From: a virus
DNA length: 64,000 bases
Reading direction: 5' to 3' (one strand)
Virus record (IMG/VR): IMGVR_UViG_3300025789_001553
Location: 1-64,000 of that record
The notes below the pieces were generated by a model. It was not told the origin of the DNA, did no database searches, and saw nothing but the letters and a program-made list of their open reading frames with translations. Position numbers and translations under genes: made by a program. Below, piece after piece: positions 58,164 through 64,000 of this stretch (the first letter of the stretch is position 1; each line of letters starts with the position of its first letter).

Positions 58164-58976
58164 TTATTGATTAACAATAAACAATGTACTATCTACTAAT
58201 ACAGTTAAATCACTTACTACTTCCCCAGTCTCTACATCTGTACCTGATACAGTTAATAAATCCTTTTGTATGCTTACGTATTTTTCCATGTACTTAAGTA
58301 CGTCTTGAATTATACTATTTGGCATTTTTTCAAGTAGTGCATGTCGTTTTGCAAACGATAAATTACTATAACCGACTTGTTGTTCTTGATTGTTATAAAA
58401 AATGTTAATATCTTTAATAAATTTTGACACTTCACCCACGAAAGCGTCTCCTATTGTTTCAGTAATTTGTGCGCTTAATATTTGCTTATCATTAGCTGTT
58501 TTTTCGCGTAGTTGTTTTTCTAAATTGTATTGTTCTATGTATAGAGGAGAACCGACTTGTATTGTAAATGGTACCCCTGTAATAGTATCTGTACCTGGTA
58601 CGGCAACAACTTTAAACTTGTTAATAATGTCTTGTAAATTGATATTAAATTTACGATTGTTTTGAAATAAAACATACCCGGTACCCGCTGTAGAAACACG
58701 CAATTGTACGGCTATAGCTGCTGCATCAATAGTTGTTAATAAAGGCACTACACCCGATTCGATGCAATTTTCTTGTATGATATTATATAATGCAATTGTA
58801 AATCTGGTTTGAAATACAGGATTATCAACAGCTGCTTTTAAAATATTTTTCTGTTGACCGGTATTAATGGTTTTAAATTTTACTTCCCTTGTTAAACTCG
58901 GTACATACACCGAAACTGTAACCTCGTTATTAATTGTATCCAATACGGATAGTATGTCATTAAAATTACTGCTCAT
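58164..58976 (-). CDS. baseplate hub assembly protein (gp26-like)
   Basis: VYVPSL.REVKFK.IN.GQQK.IL...LTTID pattern; ATG at 58976. Confidence 0.6.
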   Translation of the reverse strand: MSSNFNDILSVLDTINNEVTVSVYVPSLTREVKFKTINTGQQKNILKAAVDNPVFQTRFTIALYNIIQENCIESGVVPLLTTIDAAAIAVQLRVSTAGTGYVLFQNNRKFNINLQDIINKFKVVAVPGTDTITGVPFTIQVGSPLYIEQYNLEKQLREKTANDKQILSAQITETIGDAFVGEVSKFIKDINIFYNNQEQQVGYSNLSFAKRHALLEKMPNSIIQDVLKYMEKYVSIQKDLLTVSGTDVETGEVVSDLTVLVDSTLFIVNQ

Positions 58977-59005
58977 ATATAGATTTATGGTGCGTTGATA
59001 GGTTA

Positions 59006-59965
59006 TCAAGTAAACTCACTTGGAGAGTTCTTTCCTGTATCTAACGGCATACCATTGAATCCAGGAACGGACGTATCTCTACTCTTACTTCCAGAGTTAG
59101 CTTCTGATTGCTCTTTTTCTGCTTGCTGTACAAACAATGTCCAATATAATAATTGTTCAGCTGGTGTAATACTATCTACATATTCCGGTGTAAAATTAGC
59201 CTTGCTGATTAAATTTAAATTTATTTTATACAAATTTATTAAATCATCATTAAAGATTAGTTTACAAAATTCCAACAATACTTCAGTATTGGTCGACACC
59301 GACAGGTTTACAACATAGCTACCTGTATAAGGTGATTTAATAGATAGAAGCTTTGTGTCAGCAAGCGAATCTTCGACACGTGTTAATGATTTGTAAACCT
59401 CTGTAGCTAAAGTTAGTGGTAGTTTTTCAACGAGCTCTATTCTTTCTGAAAAAGTTAAACCTTTAAACGATAAAAACTTTTCGTTAACAGTCATACTATC
59501 TATACAAGAGGCTAACTGATAACTAAACATTTTTTCGGGTTCTATGTTAATAAAATTAATTTCGTCTATAGCCTTTACTATACTGTGGTTTATAGTTATG
59601 TTATTAAAAGTAACTGATTTATTGTAATGTATATTACCAAGTTTAGCTACCAAGTCTTCAATTTTAATAATATATTCAAACTTTTTCTTGGTATCGTTAC
59701 AAACAGCTTCTAATTTAAGATCCGGACTTATACAGACTGATCGTATATTAAGCAATAGTATGATCTTATCTACAACGTTAAGTCCGTCCAGTAATATCCC
59801 GGGAGAAACGTGTTCAACTACTTGGTTTAAATGGTGTAAGAACTCTGTTGTATCATTGTTATAAAGGGATTTAACTAAGTCTTTATATAACTTAGCATTA
59901 ACCTCTTTTACCCAGATTTTCTTATAATTAAATCCAGGTAACTTAATTCCATACGTAAAAGCCAT
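59006..59965 (-). CDS. baseplate hub assembly protein (gp26/gp51-like)
   Basis: LNVVDKIILLLNIRSVCI; C-terminal FTPEYVDSITPAE resembles gp51. Confidence 0.55.
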   Translation of the reverse strand: MAFTYGIKLPGFNYKKIWVKEVNAKLYKDLVKSLYNNDTTEFLHHLNQVVEHVSPGILLDGLNVVDKIILLLNIRSVCISPDLKLEAVCNDTKKKFEYIIKIEDLVAKLGNIHYNKSVTFNNITINHSIVKAIDEINFINIEPEKMFSYQLASCIDSMTVNEKFLSFKGLTFSERIELVEKLPLTLATEVYKSLTRVEDSLADTKLLSIKSPYTGSYVVNLSVSTNTEVLLEFCKLIFNDDLINLYKINLNLISKANFTPEYVDSITPAEQLLYWTLFVQQAEKEQSEANSGSKSRDTSVPGFNGMPLDTGKNSPSEFT

Positions 59966-59985
59966 TATATTGACTTACTATGTAG

Positions 59986-60891
59986 TTATTTTTTACCAGC
60001 TTTAACATTGAAACCGTTAACAAGACTATTGTTATAATTATTTAACATTGTATTATTATAATCTAAAGGTGTCTTACCAGGGTTGGCAGCAGCATTATTA
60101 ACGTTTGAAATAAACGCATTATTTGCAGCCGGAGTTTTGTTTGTAGTGGCTGGTGCAGTAACAGGTACGTTACCTGATTGATTTGGGTCGTAAGATATTC
60201 TATAATTATTAAATACAAACCTCACACCTTCTATTCTTGCATCAGATTTACCATACGCATATGATGATTCGTTAATTGAAACAGGGGCACAGGCGTTAAA
60301 TTTAAATACTCTTCGAATACCTGCATTTGTTTTATTATCATTTTTATCGAAATGATATACCGAAATAGGTATTTTTACATTTTGTAAAGAAGTAGAAGCA
60401 CGAGAAATTAAACCATAATGGCCCACCAGCGTAATCCATGGACGTATTACAAAGTCAATAAATGATTTATTAGTTTCTAAAAAGCTAATAGTTAATTCAC
60501 TGTATTTAATACGCATATTCGTGGTTACCCCTCCCACTAAACCACCTGCAGGGCCTAATAGAGGGTCTGTTCTTTCTACCCCTACACTCTCTCCTGGTAT
60601 GTTAATTCCATTAGCAAATAAACATATTTGACCGCCAGCTGGACCATGTACTTGATTTTGTATTTCTTGTATTAAAGCACGGCTGACGTTTTTAACGTCC
60701 CAATTTTCTTCAAAATTTACCCATGGGTTTGCTTTTGAGTCTGTAAACACTGGGGGTAAACTTTCAAAATGTATAAGAAAGTTTGAATCAACCGGTATTT
60801 GAGTGTTAGGGTTGCTTAAAAATTTTACAAACATGTCAACTTCGGACATGTTGACTTGATTGTTTGCCTTTGGCCCTATTATGTTAGCCAT
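59986..60891 (-). CDS. tail-tube-like protein (gp54/gp19 family)
   Basis: IPGE, LTISFLET, FVIRPW, F.FNACAPVSI. Confidence 0.6.
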   Translation of the reverse strand: MANIIGPKANNQVNMSEVDMFVKFLSNPNTQIPVDSNFLIHFESLPPVFTDSKANPWVNFEENWDVKNVSRALIQEIQNQVHGPAGGQICLFANGINIPGESVGVERTDPLLGPAGGLVGGVTTNMRIKYSELTISFLETNKSFIDFVIRPWITLVGHYGLISRASTSLQNVKIPISVYHFDKNDNKTNAGIRRVFKFNACAPVSINESSYAYGKSDARIEGVRFVFNNYRISYDPNQSGNVPVTAPATTNKTPAANNAFISNVNNAAANPGKTPLDYNNTMLNNYNNSLVNGFNVKAGKK

Positions 60892-61562
60892 TATCTACCC
60901 CCTAAACCACCAATTAAACTATTAATAGTTTTATTGACAAGTTTGTTAGCGACATTACCTACTGCCCCGCCGATCGACCTACCAAAATTGTTACCTAAGC
61001 TCAATCCAGACGCAACACCTGAATCAGGTCCTGTTGTCCAGTACTGATATGCAATAGATGCACCAACTTCCTGTATACCACCTGACTTCGTTAAGTCATA
61101 TGCAATATCATCAATTTTAGTAATGAACGCACCTAATAATGTGTATACTTTAATTTCATTCAACGTATCATCGATTAATGATAATCTAATTATGTTGCTA
61201 TTTAAATCTCTTGGTTCCATATTACCTACAGATTGATTTTCATCAAACGTATTAGTCATAGAATCTTCTAACATTGATCTTAAATTGTAATCTTGTGTGC
61301 AATAAAACTTAACTGCCCAATTTGCGTTGTCAAACTTTACAGTGCCCGGTATTTGAAAATCTAACCCCATAAAAGGAGCAGTAGTCGTGTTAATTGATTT
61401 ACCAGGAAGGCTTGCTGTTTTTAAAAACACTAAATCAGGATCTTCAAGCTGTACACCATTAACATTAAACGTGGTTATTCTGAATTGAAAATCACGTGCA
61501 AATCCAACATTTGTTGCCTGTTGGTAAAAATCTGCTATTGTTTGTCCTGTTACTGATGCCAT
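60891..61562 (-). CDS. tail tube protein paralog
   Basis: FARDFQFRI, ASLPG, FMGLDFQIPGTV, W.V.FY, AYQYW. Confidence 0.75.
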   Translation of the reverse strand: MASVTGQTIADFYQQATNVGFARDFQFRITTFNVNGVQLEDPDLVFLKTASLPGKSINTTTAPFMGLDFQIPGTVKFDNANWAVKFYCTQDYNLRSMLEDSMTNTFDENQSVGNMEPRDLNSNIIRLSLIDDTLNEIKVYTLLGAFITKIDDIAYDLTKSGGIQEVGASIAYQYWTTGPDSGVASGLSLGNNFGRSIGGAVGNVANKLVNKTINSLIGGLGGR

Positions 61563-61579
61563 ATATATACTTATGTTTG

Positions 61580-62179
61580 TTATGTCAATATATCTTCTGA
61601 TGTCATATACTGAAAACCGATAGTTGCAGTTAATTTTGCTATATCTGCCCCTGACTTTGTTTCATATGTTATAGTACCAGTATTCTGTAAAAATGCTCCA
61701 ACTAAAAAGTATTTACGTATTACTTGTGGTTCTGTTGAGGCATTACTTCCCTGAAACAAATTACCTGAATTAGAAAGCAAGTTTAATTCAATTTTACAAT
61801 CCCACCAATTAGGTTTTTGTGATACGGAAGTGTGCTCATTAAATGTATCTACAGACCATTTCTCTAAAACATTTCTTAATATATAATCTCTATCACAGTA
61901 AAAAGATACATCCCAACTACCGGCAGCTTCAGGATAGCTTGCTACCATTGGTATGTTGTATTTAAAGGACTTAAAATCAACAGTTGTAGTGCTAATAACA
62001 CGAGATGGTACTTTACCGTCTTGAGCATAAAGAAATAAATTATCTGTGTCAGACGAGGGCTTATATACATCGTCTGCTCCGTTCCTTGTAATTGCATTTA
62101 TTCTAAACAAGTTAGTACGAGCAAATCCGCGCTTAGTAGCGGTTTGATAAAATGAGGATATACCCGTGTTTGCCATCAT
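61580..62179 (-). CDS. tail tube protein paralog
   Basis: GFARTNLFRI, W.VSFYCD, LEKW, GFQY. Confidence 0.7.
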   Translation of the reverse strand: MMANTGISSFYQTATKRGFARTNLFRINAITRNGADDVYKPSSDTDNLFLYAQDGKVPSRVISTTTVDFKSFKYNIPMVASYPEAAGSWDVSFYCDRDYILRNVLEKWSVDTFNEHTSVSQKPNWWDCKIELNLLSNSGNLFQGSNASTEPQVIRKYFLVGAFLQNTGTITYETKSGADIAKLTATIGFQYMTSEDILT

Positions 62180-62200
62180 TAATACTTAATGTATAGACAT

Positions 62201-62229
62201 AAAAAAAGCCCTGTTTTTAGCAGGGCTTT
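62201..62229 (-). terminator. intrinsic terminator after the major tail tube gene
   Basis: minus strand AAAGCCCTG-ctaaaaa-CAGGGCTTTTTTT. Confidence 0.8.
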
Positions 62230-62249
62230 GTATATTAAAGCTTTATAAC

Positions 62250-62774
62250 TTATACGTGTCTCCAGTATTGGAAAGCTAACTTAACCGTAAATGCTTCTGT
62301 TGGTTTACCAGCACCAGCATTATCATAACCAATTGAGCCAATAGATACTGGATATACACCGTATAGTTTATAGGTGTTAAGTACGTTTTGACTTTCATCG
62401 ATTAAATCAAGTTGAATTAGTCTATCTGGACCGCGTAGTGAGAGGTTACCAGTGCTTGTAGCATCGTCAAATACATTGTTAATTTGCCAATCTTCAAGCT
62501 TTTTACGAATAACGCCTTTAAGGTCATTATAGAACTTAACTTCCCATCCTTCTGAACCTGTATAATCAACTGTACCAGGCACATTGAACTTTAGTCCCAT
62601 GTAAGGTACCTGTTGGTTTTGAATTGTACGGTCCGGAAGATTTTTTGTTGTGATATAAACGAAATCATCTTCGTTGAACGTATCTTGACCAATCGAACGC
62701 ACTCTCATCATGAAATCACGAGCGAAACCGCGTTCTTGTGCTACCCTGTAGAAGTCTTGTATTGTCTGTGCCAT
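62250..62774 (-). CDS. major tail tube protein (gp19-like)
   Basis: FARDF, LPDR, YMGLKFNVPG, W.V.FY, YKLYGVYP, F.V.LAFQYW; follows the sheath gene. Confidence 0.88.
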   Translation of the reverse strand: MAQTIQDFYRVAQERGFARDFMMRVRSIGQDTFNEDDFVYITTKNLPDRTIQNQQVPYMGLKFNVPGTVDYTGSEGWEVKFYNDLKGVIRKKLEDWQINNVFDDATSTGNLSLRGPDRLIQLDLIDESQNVLNTYKLYGVYPVSIGSIGYDNAGAGKPTEAFTVKLAFQYWRHV

Positions 62775-62794
62775 GTTAAATATTTAGGTTGAGA

Positions 62795-64000
62795 TTATAA
62801 TAACTCGTTAAAGTTTTGCGATGTCTTAGTAGCATAGAAGTTTACCAAGATAAACTCTGCTGTACGAACTGGCTTAATATAGATGTCAACAACTAATGTG
62901 TTATCGTCAACTACGCTTGGCGTGTTGTTCGTAGAATTACATACTATTAAGTAATCGTATAAACCTTGAGTGTTTTTAGCTAATTCAAATACAGGTGTTA
63001 ATGTGTTAATAACTCTGCTTTGTGTGAATGTTGTATTAGGTTCAAACACGAAGTATTTTAATGTTTGTAATGCAGACTTTTCTAAGAATAAGAATAGACG
63101 GCGAACATTAATACGGTCAAACGCACTTGGGTTCTTCATAAGCGTCTTTTGACCGAATACTGTATAACCTTCATTTGGGAAGTATACTACAGGATTAAGA
63201 GCTACTTTATAAAGTAAGTCGCGTTGTTTTTGCTGTGGGTTAACACCGATGTCAGCAAGACCGTTAATAATACCACGGTTTAAACCAGCTGGTGCAGTCC
63301 AGAAATAATTATTAGCATCAGATGCTGTAATCATTGCTGCAGCAAAACCAGAGAATGGTAACCATACACCTTGGTTAGTGTAAGTGTCTTGAACCTTAGC
63401 CCAGTTAGCATATGCTGTAGCATAGCTTGTATTGAATGAACCGTAAAGGTTACGTAGAGGCCAGTAAATGTTAGACGAGAAATTATTTGCCTTGTTGTCA
63501 AGGGTCTTGTAATTTTTACCTGTTACGAATACATGACGTAATGGGTCTGAAATAAAGAGGTGATCTTTACGACGGAATTGAGCAAACTGCACGAACTTGT
63601 TTGTGATGTCAACCCAAGCATCAACTAAATCGTTGCTTACTGGATTACCATCTGAAGCTGTAAGTGCTGCTAATTCTGTTGTTAGTTCTGCCCATACTGC
63701 AGTGTCATCATACTCTGTACCAGCACCTTCTACTGCTTGTACAGCAGCAATTGTTGATAGACCAGCATCAAGTGTGATATCGACGTCTACTAACTCGTTG
63801 TTTTCAGCAGCATTGAGAACGTAGTCAAGTTTTGAACTTACATCGCCAATAATTTTTGCACTATTAAGTGGTAAGCTGTCTGAATATACGCCTAAAGCAT
63901 AAAGCGAGTTAGCAGGCATAAACGAACCGTTTGCTTTAGCAAGATAAGCTGAAGCTACTGAGTAGAATGTATCACCGTCAGTACCAGTTGACTCTTTAAG
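62795..64000 (-). CDS. tail sheath protein (gp18-like), C-terminal part
   Basis: W.APAGLNRG, RD.LY...NPV, FGQKT, SAFDRINVRRLF, FEPN, IKP.RTAEFI; frame stays open past 63919 to the window edge. Confidence 0.95.
   Translation of the reverse strand, partial: LKESTGTDGDTFYSVASAYLAKANGSFMPANSLYALGVYSDSLPLNSAKIIGDVSSKLDYVLNAAENNELVDVDITLDAGLSTIAAVQAVEGAGTEYDDTAVWAELTTELAALTASDGNPVSNDLVDAWVDITNKFVQFAQFRRKDHLFISDPLRHVFVTGKNYKTLDNKANNFSSNIYWPLRNLYGSFNTSYATAYANWAKVQDTYTNQGVWLPFSGFAAAMITASDANNYFWTAPAGLNRGIINGLADIGVNPQQKQRDLLYKVALNPVVYFPNEGYTVFGQKTLMKNPSAFDRINVRRLFLFLEKSALQTLKYFVFEPNTTFTQSRVINTLTPVFELAKNTQGLYDYLIVCNSTNNTPSVVDDNTLVVDIYIKPVRTAEFILVNFYATKTSQNFNELL

Noticed and set aside
55273-58665. Several plus-strand ORFs opposite the tail and tape-measure genes
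   Set aside because: Antisense shadows of Ala/Gly-rich genes, no motifs or expression signals; same for similar short antisense ORFs elsewhere
1-64000. CRISPR array, rRNA, integrase or transposase
   Set aside because: No regularly spaced repeats or recognisable motifs found by eye
1-64000. Alternative genetic code (stop-codon reassignment)
   Set aside because: Core genes are full length in the standard code and no suppressor tRNA is present; tRNA-Trp has a CCA anticodon

Overview
AT-rich 64-kb segment of a large T4-like myovirus genome, probably infecting a Gram-negative host. It holds the T4-type replication, recombination and late-transcription core (primase, UvsY/UvsW, gp55, gp47/gp46, family-B polymerase, UvsX, gp41, gp32, gp45, RNase H) and, at the right end, the tail sheath/tube/baseplate module. 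A complete but dispersed 7-deazaguanine pathway is present: queC (partial at the left edge, missed by the ORF track), queE, queD, folE and a two-domain queF. A TGT-fold DpdA-like gene, a PurN-like formyltransferase and a P-loop kinase sit directly behind the polymerase, and a dGTP/dATP diphosphohydrolase lies nearby, suggesting pre-replicative replacement of G by (formyl-)preQ1. About 13 glycosyltransferase-like genes occur, mostly in two clusters (one inside the gp47-gp46 locus, one with glf next to the baseplate genes). An RNA island carries 4 tRNAs, a tmRNA with a long tag and an unidentified structured RNA. ClpP-like and outer-membrane beta-barrel genes are also present, and many genes appear to have near-leaderless promoters. 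All family assignments come from motif recognition by eye; no searches were run.
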